Below are positions 47,122 to 58,644 of a stretch of DNA of 64,000 bases, piece by piece (positions within the stretch are counted from its first letter, which is position 1; every line of letters starts with the position of its first letter). The translations under genes and the position numbers were made by a program. Source of the DNA: Candidatus Latescibacterota bacterium. Its GTDB lineage: Bacteria; Latescibacterota; UBA2968; UBA8231. Where the stretch lies: the NCBI GenBank assembly GCA_965223905.1, contig CBDCXV010000001.1, positions 896,001 to 960,000 of the forward strand, in the 5' to 3' direction. The notes below the pieces were generated by a model. That model worked only from the letters and a program-made list of their open reading frames with translations. It was not told the origin of the DNA and did no database searches.

Positions 47122-49938
47122 CGGTAACCGCTCGGAAATTTAACCCGGGGTTCCTCACCGACGAGGAGCTGACTGCCTCGTTTTGCGTGCGCAAGGCGGA
47201 GTTCGACTCCATGGTCGAGATGCTGCGCGGATGCACAGGTACCTCGAATCCGCATCAGATCGTGATCGGCCCCCGTGGAAGCGGCAAGACCATCCTGCTC
47301 CTGCGCGTGGCGGCAGAGGTTCGCCGGGACCCGGAGCTGTCGCGCCGCTTCTTTCCCGTTGTCTTCGCCGAGGAGAGCTACGAGGTCGCAAGTGAGGGGG
47401 GGGTTCTGGCTCGAAGCTCTCTCCCGGCTGGCGGACCAGTCGCCACCCCGGGACGACGCTCCGGACCTGCGGCTCACCTTCCGGGACCTGCGCGCCATTC
47501 AGGACGACCAGACCCTCGGCGAACGCTGCCTCGGCGCGCTTCTCGACTTCTCCGACCGCGAGGACAAACGGCTGGTGCTGATGGTCGAGAACTTGAACAT
47601 GATCTTCCGTGACATGGCGGACCGCGAAGCCGGCTGGCGGCTGCGCAAGATCCTGCAGACGGAGCCGCGCATCATCCTGCTCGCCAGCGCCACCAGCCGC
47701 TTCGCCGAAATCGACCACCCGGACCACGCCCTCTACGACCTGTTCCGGGTCAGCACCCTTCAGCCGCTCGATACCGAGGAGTGTGCAAGGCTGTGGGAAA
47801 CGGTCTCTGGACAGCGCCCCCCTCGCCAGACAATCCGGCCAATGGAGATTCTCACCGGCGGCAATCCCCGCCTCGTCGCCATCGTGGCAGGCTTCGCCGC
47901 GGGGCGCTCCTTCCGCGAGCTGATGGACGATCTCCTCGACCTCGTGGACGAGCATACGGAGTACTTCAAGAGCCACATTGAAGCCCTCCCCGCCCAGGAG
48001 CGGCGGGTCTACCTGGCGCTGGCCGACTTGTGGAAGCCGGCGACCACGAGGGAAATCGCGGAGCGCTCCCGGATCGAGACGAGCAAGTGCAGCGCCCAGC
48101 TTGCCCGCCTGACCGAACGGGGAGTTGTCCAGGTGTCAGGCGGCACCCTCCGGCGCAAGCAATATTACCTGACCGAGCGGCTGTACAACATCTACTACCT
48201 GCTGCGTCGCAACGGCGGACCGGACTCCCTGATCCAGGCCCTCATCCAGTTCATGGAGGTGTTCTACTCCCACTCCGAGTTGAGGGCTATCGGCGTAAGG
48301 ATGGCCCTGGAGGCGCGCAGCTTGGACGGGGAGTTGCGATCGTTGCACCGGACTGCGGTTGAACAGCTGACGCAGCTGCCAGTGATGGCCGGGCATCGAG
48401 AAGAGCTGCTTGCGCTCCTTCCCAAGGAGGATTCCGAAGAGCTGGCGGCTGCCAAGGCGCACTTGCTGAGAGCGGTCGAGTTGCAGGAGGAAGACCCGGA
48501 GGAGTCGCTGGCCACCTGGGACGAGGTGGTGCGGCGGTTCGGGGAGAGTCGGTCACCCGAGGTCTGCCAACTGGTCGCCATGGCCCTCTTCTGCAAAGCG
48601 GAGGCTCTCGGTGAGCTGAACCGACCGGAGGAAGCACTGGCCGCCTATGAGGAAGCGGGCCGGCGATTCGGCGAGGACGATACCGAGGTTCATGTCGAGA
48701 TGGTCGCCAGCGCCCTTTTCAGCAAGGGGGTCACACTCGCCGAGCTCGACCGGACGGAGGAATCGCTGGCTGTCTTCGATGAGGCGGTGCGGCGATTCGA
48801 GAAGAGCGAGGAAACGGCCCTTCTCGAGATGGTAGCCAGAGCCCTTTTCAACAAGGGGTTCGTACTCGGCCGCTTGAACCGAGCGGATGAAGAACTGGCT
48901 GCTTACCAAGAGGTCGTGCATCGATTCGGCGAGTGTCGGTCACCAGAGGTTCTTGAACCGGTCGCCGCATCCCTCTTCTGCAAGGGCGCCGCCCTCGTCG
49001 CCCTGAACCGACAGGAGGAGGCGCTGGCCGCCTATGACGAGGTGGGGCGCCGACTCGGAGAGAGCGATACGGAGTTGCATCTTGCGTTGCTCGCCAGGGC
49101 CATCGTCAACAAGGGGGTCGTCCTCGGCGAGCTGAACCGAACCCAGGAATCGCTCGCGGTCTTCGATGAGGCGGTGCGGCGATTCGAGGAGAGCGAAACA
49201 CCGGATCACCTCGAGATCGTTGCCAAGGCTCTTGTCAACAAGGGCGCTGTGCTCGGCGAGCTGGACCGAATAGAAGAAGAACTGCTGGCCTACGAGGAGG
49301 TTTTGCGGCGATTCGGGGAGAGCGAGACACCGGTCCTTTTGGAACTGGTCGCTATAGCCCGCACCTACAGGGGGATGACACTCGGGAATTTGGGCAGGTC
49401 TGAGGAAGGCCTGGCGGCTCTTGAGGATGTCGTGCAGCGATTACTGGACAGCGATTCTCCCGCGCTCCGGGCACGGGCAGAGGACGCCCTCGTCGAAAAA
49501 GCCGAACTCGAGCTGGAGTGCCGGCACTACGAGGCAGCCGCAAGTACCGTTAGCCTTGTACTCGATGAAAACAACACGCAATCACAGGAGAACCGGTCGC
49601 GTGGTCACCTGATACGGGCGCAAGCGAGCCTGCGCAGCGGCAACCCCGAGAGGTGTGCGAAAGACATCCAGACGATCCTCGAGATTCTACCGGATCGCGA
49701 TTCGCTGCCGGAAATCCACTACGAATTGATGCAGTTCAGCATCGACCTGGGGGCGGAGGCCATGATCGAGATTATCCAGGCATCTCCATCCGCGAAGCTG
49801 TTGCTGCCGCTCACCACGGCCCTCGAACAGGAACTGGGCCGCAAGCCGCGTGTGCCCCAGGAGGTCGAGGAGGTCGCCGGGGATGTCCGGAAGGACTTGG
49901 CTTGGTTGAGGGGATTGCGATCCGCTGGCACCGAGTAG
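47118..49938 (+). CDS. STAND-like NTPase + winged HTH + TPR-like repeats (about 939 aa after correcting a +1 frameshift in G8 at 47396-47403)
   Basis: ATGA overlap with the upstream gene; GPRGSGKT; LMVENL; TGGNPR (GxP); ATTREIAE..AQLARLTERG wHTH; 8 repeats. Confidence 0.85.
48499..49530 (+). repeat. Eight 129-bp (43-aa) TPR-like coding repeats
   Basis: EExLAxxDEVxRRFGES...VAxALxxKGxxLGELNR units. Confidence 0.88.
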
Positions 49939-50771
49939 AGGACGGCATGCAGGAAAAACAGGGAGCTACTCTTTGAAATCGCTGAAGACGCTTTGTTTGT
50001 TAGAAGCGGACCCCATTCTTTTGACAGCCGGACAGTAGAGGTAAGGTGGATGAAGAGCCTTCTGATGAAAAAGTCCCGGTTATTCAACTTCTCCCTCTTG
50101 TTCGCCTCGGCCCTGTTCGTGTCCAACAGCCTTGCCCAGGACTATACGCGCTGGGGGTTGCCCGAGGGGGCCGTCGCACGCCTTGGTAGAGGTTCTATAT
50201 CTGAAGTGGCGTATTCCCCCGATGGCGCTCGGCTCGCGGTAGCCAGCAGCATCGGCATCTGGATCTACAACGCGCCCCTCGGAACCGAAGTTGCCCTGCT
50301 CACGGGACATAGAGGCAGAGTTCTTACCGTGTCCTTCTCTCCGGATGGCACCATGCTTGCCAGTGGAGGTAAGGATGGGGCGATACGGTTGTGGGAAATG
50401 GGCGACTGGCAGTCTCGGGCAACCCTGGAGTGGCATGGGGGTTGGGTCCATTCCGTAGCTTTTTCACCGGACGGCACCACCCTGGCCAGTGGACATGGGG
50501 ATGGCACGGTTCGGCTGTGGGATGTGGAAACCGGCGGCTGCAAGGTCACTTTGGAGGCGAATACGTATGGGGTCTCTTCCGTGGCGTTTTCGCCGAATGG
50601 CCGAACCCTGGCCACTGGGGATGAAGCTAACGAATACAACCCCTCCAAGGTTCGGCTCTGGGACGTAGACACCGGCCAGCTCCTGGCCGCTCTGGCAGGG
50701 CATGGGACGAGGATCTCTTCCGTAGCGTTTTCGCCCGATGGCAAAACGCTGGCCAGTGGAGGTTATGACGG

Positions 50772-51626
50772 GAACCTATCTCAAAATTGAAATTGTTTAA
50801 GTAAAATCAAAATGGATGCAAGTTGGACGAAGCCAAGGAAATTCTCCGGATACAATTCCCAGCGAGTGATCACTCGACGCTGCCATTGAAGCCAAGCAAA
50901 GAATCTCTCAACCATCCAACGCCGCACATAACGCCGCAATCGCCGTCCATCCTGAGTCTTTTTCTTGGTCCGATTCTGGCGATGCGGGGCGATCATCTCG
51001 ATCCCGTCTTTCTTAAGTTCTTCATCCAACGAATCGCTGTCGTACGCTTTGTCACCGATCAAGTTGTCAGGTTTGTCTTCGATCAGGTAAAAGTCAAAGG
51101 TCAACTGAACCAGCGTCACTTCATGATGGTTCGCTGCATGCGTGCTCACCGACAAGGGAAGCCCATTGCCGTCCACGATCCCCATGACCCGCACCCCCTT
51201 ACCTCGCTTGCTGTGGCCGACATCGGCACCTCCACCCTTGGCCGCCGAGAACATGCCGTCGATGAAAGCTTCCGATTCGTCCAGGTCCCCTTGCTCGTGA
51301 AGGGTATTGGCCAAGTCCATGAGAACATCGCGCAGCACCTCGTTGCGACACCAATTTTGAAAGCGACGATGCACCGTTTTGTAGTTCGGATAGCCCTGCG
51401 GCAGCATGTGCCATTGGGCACCGGTATTGAGAATCCAAAGGACGGCTTCAAGAACCTCACGTGTGGCAACTGGTTTGCGGCCCGGATGGCTTTTGGGACG
51501 ATGTTCTTCAGGAAAGTGATGACGGATTCGCTCCCATTGCTTGTCGGTCAAAGTAACCATATAAATAATGATACATTATCATCAATCAGAACTCAAGATT
51601 AAATTTTGTGATTTTGAGATAGGTTC
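50772..51626 (-). mobile_element. IS5 family insertion sequence (855 bp)
   Basis: Perfect 16-bp TIR GAACCTATCTCAAAAT / ATTTTGAGATAGGTTC; target duplication in CGGG context; lower GC. Confidence 0.93.
50781..51560 (-). CDS. IS5 family transposase
   Basis: LTDKQWERI, TGAQWHMLP, GDKAYDSD and YVRRWMVERFFAW motifs. Confidence 0.95.
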   Translation of the reverse strand: MVTLTDKQWERIRHHFPEEHRPKSHPGRKPVATREVLEAVLWILNTGAQWHMLPQGYPNYKTVHRRFQNWCRNEVLRDVLMDLANTLHEQGDLDESEAFIDGMFSAAKGGGADVGHSKRGKGVRVMGIVDGNGLPLSVSTHAANHHEVTLVQLTFDFYLIEDKPDNLIGDKAYDSDSLDEELKKDGIEMIAPHRQNRTKKKTQDGRRLRRYVRRWMVERFFAWLQWQRRVITRWELYPENFLGFVQLASILILLKQFQF

Positions 51627-53086
51627 GGGACAGTCCGCTTGTGGGCTGGGGCCACCGGCAAACTACTGACAGTTATAGAGAGTCACAGGAGTTGGGTGAC
51701 CTCCGTGACATTTTCTTCGGATGGAAAATTGCTGGCCAGTTCAGGTGGAGACTATAGGGATTCGAGTATATGGGGTGACTTCAATGTCCGGGTGTGGGAC
51801 GTCGATACCGGGCAACTCGTTTGGCACTCTAGGACGGGGCATAGGCGTTCTATCTCATCCGTAGCGTTCTGGCCGAATAGCCATATAGTGGCCAGTGCGA
51901 GTGACGATGGGACAATACGGCTGTGGGAAGGAGGCGACCAGAAGGCCATTCTTGAGAGACATTGGTACCGGATCTTGTCCGTGGCGTTTTCACCCGACGG
52001 CCAGACCCTGGCCAGCAGGGGGCTGAGTGAGAGAGTCTGGTTGTGGGATGTGGGCAGCGGCCAACAAAAGGCCATCCTCGCAGGATATACGGGCTCAAAT
52101 AATTGGGTCTCTTCCCTGGCGTTTTCACCGGACGGCCGCACCTTGGCCAGTGGGAGCGTGGGCACCAGAATCGTGTTGTGGGACGTGAACAGCGGCCAAC
52201 CTGCGGACACCCTTGCAGGTCACGATGGGGAGATCTCTTCGGTGGCGTTCTCCCCGGACGGGCACACCCTGGCCAGTGGGAGTTGGGACGGCTCGGCCCG
52301 GTTGTGGGACGCAGGCAGCGGTCAACAAAAGGCCGTCCTTAAGTATCGCAGGGGTGCTGACCGGGCTGGTTATGTCCAGGCCGTGGCGTTTTCACCGGAT
52401 GGGAAAACACTTGCCAGTGGGAGTCGGGGCAGTATGATCCGGTTGTGGGATGTGGGCAGCGGCGAACTCCTGGCCACCTGTACAGGGCGTATGGGTTGGG
52501 TCGAGTCCGTGGCGTTCTCGCCGGATGGTCTCACCTTGGCCAGTGGGAGTCAGGATGGGACGGTTCGGTTGTGGGACGTGGACAGCGGGCAACAAAAGGC
52601 CATTTTGGAGGGGCATACCACTTCTGTCAATTCCGTGGCGTTCTCACCGGACGGCTACACTCTGGCCAGTGGGGGGCGGGACGGGATGGTTCGGTTGTGG
52701 GACGTGGACAGCGAGCAACCCAAGGCCATTCTTGCAGGGTACAGGGAGGGGTATGTCCATTCCATGGCCTACTCCCCGGATGGGCACATCCTGGCCAGTG
52801 GGAGCCTTGATGGCACCATACTGCTGTGGGATATGTCGCCATACATCATGCCTCAATCCGCCACGGAAGTTGAAGTCTCCATCCTAGGCGCCGCGGTCGA
52901 GAACTTGACCGTCGAGTTTGCCCGCACCATTGCTGGTCACCGGCCCCACTATGCTTGGAGCGCCACCACCGACGCGACCGGCCAAGTGGCCCTGACCATA
53001 ACCAGCGCGGATCCCAACGGCGTCGGCGGACTCTACGAGGTCCGAGTTCGCAACGAGGCCGGCGAGGTGGTGGGCCAGTGGAACAG

Positions 53087-55512
53087 CATTTCCTTGAACG
53101 AGGGCATGCGCCAGACCCTGGAGCTGACTCTGGATGACGACATGCAGGTGGACGCGCTCAAGGAGACGACGCTGGCACCCAATTTCCCCAATCCCTTCAA
53201 CTGCACCACCCAACTCGCCTACCACTTGACTACCCCCGGCACGGTCCGGCTGGAGATTTACAATGTCTTGGGCCAGCCGGTGCGCACGCTGGTGGACGAG
53301 TTCCAGAGTCCCGGCCCGTACCAAGTCCACTGGAGCGGCCACGACCAGGGAGGCGTTGCGGTGGGAGCGGGAGTCTATCTCACTCGCTTCAGCTATCCCG
53401 GCGGTGTGCAGACGCGGCGGCTACTTTATTTCAAGTAGTCTGGAGCATAGGGCAGTCCCATATCTGATAACCTGCGTTCAGCCAAAAAGGAGTGTCTTCG
53501 GATGAAAAAGCCCCGGTTGTTCAATATCGCCCTCTTGTTGGTCTGTGTCCTGTTCGTGCAGGATAGCCGCGCCCAAGACCATACCCGCTGGGGTTTGCCC
53601 GAAGGGGCAACAGCGCGCCTCGGCAAAGGTTCGGTATCCGAGTTCGCGTATTCGCCGGATGGCACTTTGCTCGCGGTAGCTGGCAGCATCGGCATTTGGC
53701 TCTATGACGCGCCCACCGGTACCGAAGTCGCCCTGCTAACGGGAAACGGGGGTGCTGTCCTCTCCGTGGATTTTTCGCCGGATGGGGGCACCCTGGTCAG
53801 TGGAAGTACAGACAAGACAATTCGGCTGTGGGATGTAGACTCCAGGCAAGAAAAGGCCACTATTGAAGACCATGAGGACCGTGTTCATACCGTGGTGTTC
53901 TCGCCCGATGGCAAAACCCTGGCAAGTATCAGTAGCGGGGATGTTAGTAGTAGTGCGACTGAGCGCACGATTCGGCTTTGGGATGCGGACTCCGGACAAC
54001 CCAAGGCCACCCTTGAAGGACATGGGGATCGGGTTACTGCTATTGCGTTTTCCCCCGATGGGAAAACCCTCGCCAGTGGTGCGAGTTGGGATGACTACTG
54101 GATTTTTTTGTGGGATGTGGAATCTGGACAACTCAAAAACACCCTAGAAGGGCATACGGGGCCGAGCACTTCCTTGGCGTTTTCACCGGATGGCAAAACC
54201 CTGGCCAGTAGTGCAGGCTATGGGGACGGCGGGATTCGGTTGTGGGATGCGGTCAGCGGCGGACACAAGACCACCCTGTACGGATATATAGGTACTCCCA
54301 TTTCCTTTCCTTGAACGAGGGCATGCGCCAGACCCTGGAGCTGACTCTGGATGACGACATGCAGGTGGACGCGCTCAAGGAGACGACGCTGGCACCCAAT
54401 TTCCCTCCCTTCAACTGCACCACCCAACTCGCCTACCACTTGACTACCCCCGGCACGGTCCGGCTGGAGATTTACAATGTCTTGGGCCAGCCGGTGCGCA
54501 CGCTGGTGGACGAGTTCCAGAGTCCCGGCCCGTACCAAGTCCACTGGAGCGGCCACGACCAGGGAGGCGTTGCGGTGGGAGCGGGAGTCTATCTCACTCG
54601 CTTCAGCTATCCCGGCGGTGTGCAGACGCGGCGGCTACTTTATTTCAAGTAGTCTGGAGCATAGGGCAGTCCCATATCTGATAACCTGCGTTCAGCCAAA
54701 AAGGAGTGTCTTCGGATGAAAAAGCCCCGGTTGTTCAATATCGCCCTCTTGTTGGTCTGTGTCCTGTTCGTGCAGGATAGCCGCGCCCAAGACCATACCC
54801 GCTGGGGTTTGCCCGAAGGGGCAACAGCGCGCCTCGGCAAAGGTTCGGTATCCGAGTTCGCGTATTCGCCGGATGGCACTTTGCTCGCGGTAGCTGGCAG
54901 CATCGGCATTTGGCTCTATGACGCGCCCACCGGTACCGAAGTCGCCCTGCTAACGGGAAACGGGGGTGCTGTCCTCTCCGTGGATTTTTCGCCGGATGGG
55001 GGCACCCTGGTCAGTGGAAGTACAGACAAGACAATTCGGCTGTGGGATGTAGACTCCAGGCAAGAAAAGGCCACTATTGAAGACCATGAGGACCGTGTTC
55101 ATACCGTGGTGTTCTCGCCCGATGGCAAAACCCTGGCAAGTATCAGTAGCGGGGATGTTAGTAGTAGTGCGACTGAGCGCACGATTCGGCTTTGGGATGC
55201 GGACTCCGGACAACCCAAGGCCACCCTTGAAGGACATGGGGATCGGGTTACTGCTATTGCGTTTTCCCCCGATGGGAAAACCCTCGCCAGTGGTGCGAGT
55301 TGGGATGACTACTGGATTTTTTTGTGGGATGTGGAATCTGGACAACTCAAAAACACCCTAGAAGGGCATACGGGGCCGAGCACTTCCTTGGCGTTTTCAC
55401 CGGATGGCAAAACCCTGGCCAGTAGTGCAGGCTATGGGGACGGCGGGATTCGGTTGTGGGATGCGGTCAGCGGCGGACACAAGACCACCCTGTACGGATA
55501 TATAGGTACTCC
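53087..55512 (+). repeat. About 1.21-kb near-perfect tandem duplication (53087-54298 / 54299-55512)
   Basis: Identical ORF starts at 53502 and 54716; CATTTCCTTG microhomology at 53087 and 55513. Confidence 0.92.
53502..54652 (+). pseudogene. Chimeric, out-of-frame WD40 5' part plus FlgD tail created by the duplication
   Basis: 53502-54314 equals the N-terminus of 54716-57238; the remainder equals the tail of the 53438 gene. Confidence 0.8.
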
Positions 55513-57238
55513 CATTTCCTTGGCGTTCTCACCCGATGGAAAAACCCTGGCTGCCAATGGCGATGGGAGTAGCGGTGGGATTCAGCTGTGGGATGTGGAC
55601 AGCGGCCAAATCCTGACCACTCTGAGAGGTCGTGTTGGTTGGGGCTATTCCCTGGCCTTCTCGCCGGATGGCAAAACCCTGGCCAGTGAGGGCGGGCGTG
55701 AGGCGATTCAGTTGTGGGATGTGGACACCTGGCAACTCAAGACTACTATCGAAGGGCATATAGGTTGGGTCACTTCCGTGGCGTTCTCTCCGAATGGCAG
55801 CACCCTGGCTGTTGCAAGTGAGAATTGGGATGCGAAAATCCGGTTGTGGGACGTGGACAGCCGCGAGCTCCAGGCGACCCTCGAAGGGCATCATCGTTCG
55901 GTTCTATGTGTGGCGTTTTCCCCAGACGGCAGAACGCTGGCCAGTGGAGGGGGTACGGATGACCACACGATTCGGTTGTGGGATTTGGACACCGGTCAAC
56001 AAAAGGCCACTCTCAATGGCCATTTGAACCATGTCAAATCCGTGGTGTTTTCTCCCGATGGAAAAACCCTGGCCAGTGGGGGTGATGACCGGACGATTCG
56101 CTTGTGGGACGCTGATACCGGCCAACTTAAGGCAACCCTGAATCTGGATGTACCCGATGGTCATTCCTTTGGCCCTGGCGTTCATTCCCTGTCATTCTCT
56201 CCGAATGGAGCTATCCTGGCCAGTGGTAGTGGGACGATCCGGTTGTGGGATGTGGACCGCGGCCAAATCAATGCCACGCTGCAGAAGTATTGGGGTAACA
56301 CTTCCGTAGCGTTCTCGCCCGATGGGCACACCCTGGCCAGCATTTCTGACGGAACGATTCGGTTGTGGGAGGCGTGCAGCGGAAAACACAGGGTCACCCT
56401 GGACACGCATCAAGGCGCCACTTCCATAGCGTTTTCACCCGATGGCCGCATCTTGTCCAGTGGCAGTTCTGACGGCACCATTCGGTTGTGGGAGGCGGAC
56501 AGCGGCCAACTCAAGGCCACCCTGAAGTCGCATTGGGGTTTCAATTCCCTGTCGTTTTCACCCGACGGCCGCACTCTGGCCAGCGGCAGTGGGGTTATGG
56601 CGGTTATGCTGTGGGATATGTCGCCGTACATCAGACCTCAAGCCACCACGGAAGTTGAAGTCACCATCCTAGGCTCTGCGGCCGAGAACTTGACCGTCGA
56701 ATTTGCCCGTTCCATCGCCGGCCGCCGGCCCCACTACGCATGGAGCGCCACCACCGACGCAACTGGCTATGTGGCCCTGACCATCACCAGTGCAGACCCC
56801 GCCAGCGTCAGCGGCTTATACGAGGTCCGCGCCCGCAATGAGGCGGGCGAAGCGGTGGGCCAGTGGAACAACATTCCCCTGGACGAGAACAGGCGCCAGA
56901 CCCTGGAGCTGACTCTGGGCGGCGACGTGCGGGTGGTGGCCAGCGGAGGAGTGGCGCCCAATGGGACGACGCTGGAACCCAACGTCCCCAATCCCTTCAA
57001 CACCACCACCCGGATTCCCTACCGCTTGGCCGCTCCCGGCCCGGTGCGGCTAGCGATATACAACGCCTTGGGTCAGCCGGTGCGCACACTAGTGGACCAA
57101 GTCCAGGGCGCGGGGGCGTACCAGGTTCACTGGGGTGGCTGCGACCAGGGGGGCGCTGCGGTGGCGGCAGGGGTCTATATCACGCGCCTGCACCACCCTA
57201 GCGGCGTGCGGACCCGACGGCTGCTCTACCTCAAGTAG
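54716..57238 (+). CDS. Secreted WD40-repeat protein with a transthyretin-like module and FlgD-Ig/T9SS-like C-terminal domain
   Basis: AAGGAG RBS; signal peptide ending SRA|QD; about 14 WD40 repeats; PNVPNPFN...GVYITRL..RRLLYLK. Confidence 0.9.
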   Translation: MKKPRLFNIALLLVCVLFVQDSRAQDHTRWGLPEGATARLGKGSVSEFAYSPDGTLLAVAGSIGIWLYDAPTGTEVALLTGNGGAVLSVDFSPDGGTLVSGSTDKTIRLWDVDSRQEKATIEDHEDRVHTVVFSPDGKTLASISSGDVSSSATERTIRLWDADSGQPKATLEGHGDRVTAIAFSPDGKTLASGASWDDYWIFLWDVESGQLKNTLEGHTGPSTSLAFSPDGKTLASSAGYGDGGIRLWDAVSGGHKTTLYGYIGTPISLAFSPDGKTLAANGDGSSGGIQLWDVDSGQILTTLRGRVGWGYSLAFSPDGKTLASEGGREAIQLWDVDTWQLKTTIEGHIGWVTSVAFSPNGSTLAVASENWDAKIRLWDVDSRELQATLEGHHRSVLCVAFSPDGRTLASGGGTDDHTIRLWDLDTGQQKATLNGHLNHVKSVVFSPDGKTLASGGDDRTIRLWDADTGQLKATLNLDVPDGHSFGPGVHSLSFSPNGAILASGSGTIRLWDVDRGQINATLQKYWGNTSVAFSPDGHTLASISDGTIRLWEACSGKHRVTLDTHQGATSIAFSPDGRILSSGSSDGTIRLWEADSGQLKATLKSHWGFNSLSFSPDGRTLASGSGVMAVMLWDMSPYIRPQATTEVEVTILGSAAENLTVEFARSIAGRRPHYAWSATTDATGYVALTITSADPASVSGLYEVRARNEAGEAVGQWNNIPLDENRRQTLELTLGGDVRVVASGGVAPNGTTLEPNVPNPFNTTTRIPYRLAAPGPVRLAIYNALGQPVRTLVDQVQGAGAYQVHWGGCDQGGAAVAAGVYITRLHHPSGVRTRRLLYLK

Positions 57239-57646
57239 CCCGGAGGGCTCAGACTTGCCGGCGTTCAGCGCATTTTCCAAAGCCAAAGGAGTACCGCCAT
57301 GGCGGGCGCTGAAGCCCTTATCGGACCCAACGATGCGATTAATTAAAGTCACCAGAATCAAGACGTTCGTCCGACCCGGCCTCACCTGTAGTGGCGCCGG
57401 CTCCCAGCAACAGGCCGTCCACGAGGAAATCGGACCGTACTTCCGGGTTCAAGACGAATCGAAATGGACATGTTCGTCCTCGCCGAACAACCGGGCTAGG
57501 GCCCAAATAACGAGACGATTTCAAGTCGATTCCACTCACAAAATGCCGTAACATCGACGAAATTAATGCCTTACGGAAAAATTTTCAGACAACAACGGGA
57601 CACTACTGACGCGGGTAATGTCGTTTTTCAACATGGAGGCATTCTA

Positions 57647-58644
57647 ATGGCTTGGATAATCCTACTCGCCTTGGCCGTCTCGACGTCCCTGTCCGCACAG
57701 GATCAGATCGAGACCATCGTTCCAGCCGATGCGCTGCCAGAGAGGGAGTACTATGACGGACCTGAGGGCGAATGGGTGACCGTGCGTATCGCTCCCATCA
57801 CCCTTGCTATGGATAAGACCGAAGGCAAGATATACTGGGTATACGATGCATCTATCCACCGTGCGGATCTGGATGGGTCCGGCATGGAGAATTTCAGCGG
57901 CCCAATTTTCGAAGAATCGGTGGAAGGAGGATTTGATCTTACGGTCGGCAGTGGTCCAAAGGTCAGTGAATTCCATTCTATTACCTGAACCGGGGGAATT
58001 GGGACTATGAACTGACAAGAGGGTATATGGACTTTATGATTCCACATCTGATGAATGACGGGGTATTGCCAGGAGTTTACATGTATCCAGGAGAGTGGCA
58101 CTTCCTCCTCTATGAGGAGTACGAGCCTTTTGCAAGGCTGTGGCCAGAGGGAAGCGACCCTGCGGACTGGGAAAGTCACTACCCTCCGGTCTTCCATGAG
58201 GAAGTGAACATCCAACCCATCGACTACGTGTTTGATTCTGCGGTTGGTCACCTCTACTTCTCCGGCACGGGTCCCGAGAACAAGGACGCCATCTGGCGTT
58301 CCCGTCTCAGGGAAGACGACAACAAGGACGACAACACGATGGCGCTGTTCATTGATGCCGAGTCGGCGGGACAACTGGCCGTGGATGAAGAGCACAGGAA
58401 GCTCTACTGGGCCGAAGGCAGCCGGATCTTCAGGGCCGATATCGAGGGCAACCAGGAATCGAGGAAAAGATGGTCGCTCGATGCCGGGGCAGATGTAGTG
58501 GATCTCCTGGCCACACAAGGACAAGTCTACTGGGTGGACAGCGACCGCTACATTCGACGATACGACACCGGCCCCCCAACTCAGATCGAGGCGTCCTCTT
58601 GGGGTCAGGTCAAAGACAGAATCTGGCGCAGCAGAGAGGATTGA
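57647..58644 (+). pseudogene. Secreted YWTD/LDL-receptor-B-like propeller protein with C-terminal SWGxVK motif; frameshift near 57965
   Basis: GGAGG RBS; signal peptide; LAMDKTEGKIYW..IHRADLDGSG; LAVDEEHRKLYWAE..IFRADIEG; PTQIEASSWGQVK. Confidence 0.7.

Larger units (their letters stand above)
50065..53438 (+). pseudogene. Secreted WD40-repeat protein with FlgD-Ig/T9SS-like C-terminal domain, interrupted by IS5
   Basis: Removing the IS restores GYD-GTVRLW in frame (about 838 aa); SVAFSPDG..LASG..RLWD repeats; PNFPNPFN tail. Confidence 0.88.

Noticed and set aside
48499-57238. Diversity-generating retroelement acting on TPR or WD40 repeats
   Set aside because: No reverse transcriptase in the window and no adenine-specific TR/VR pair.
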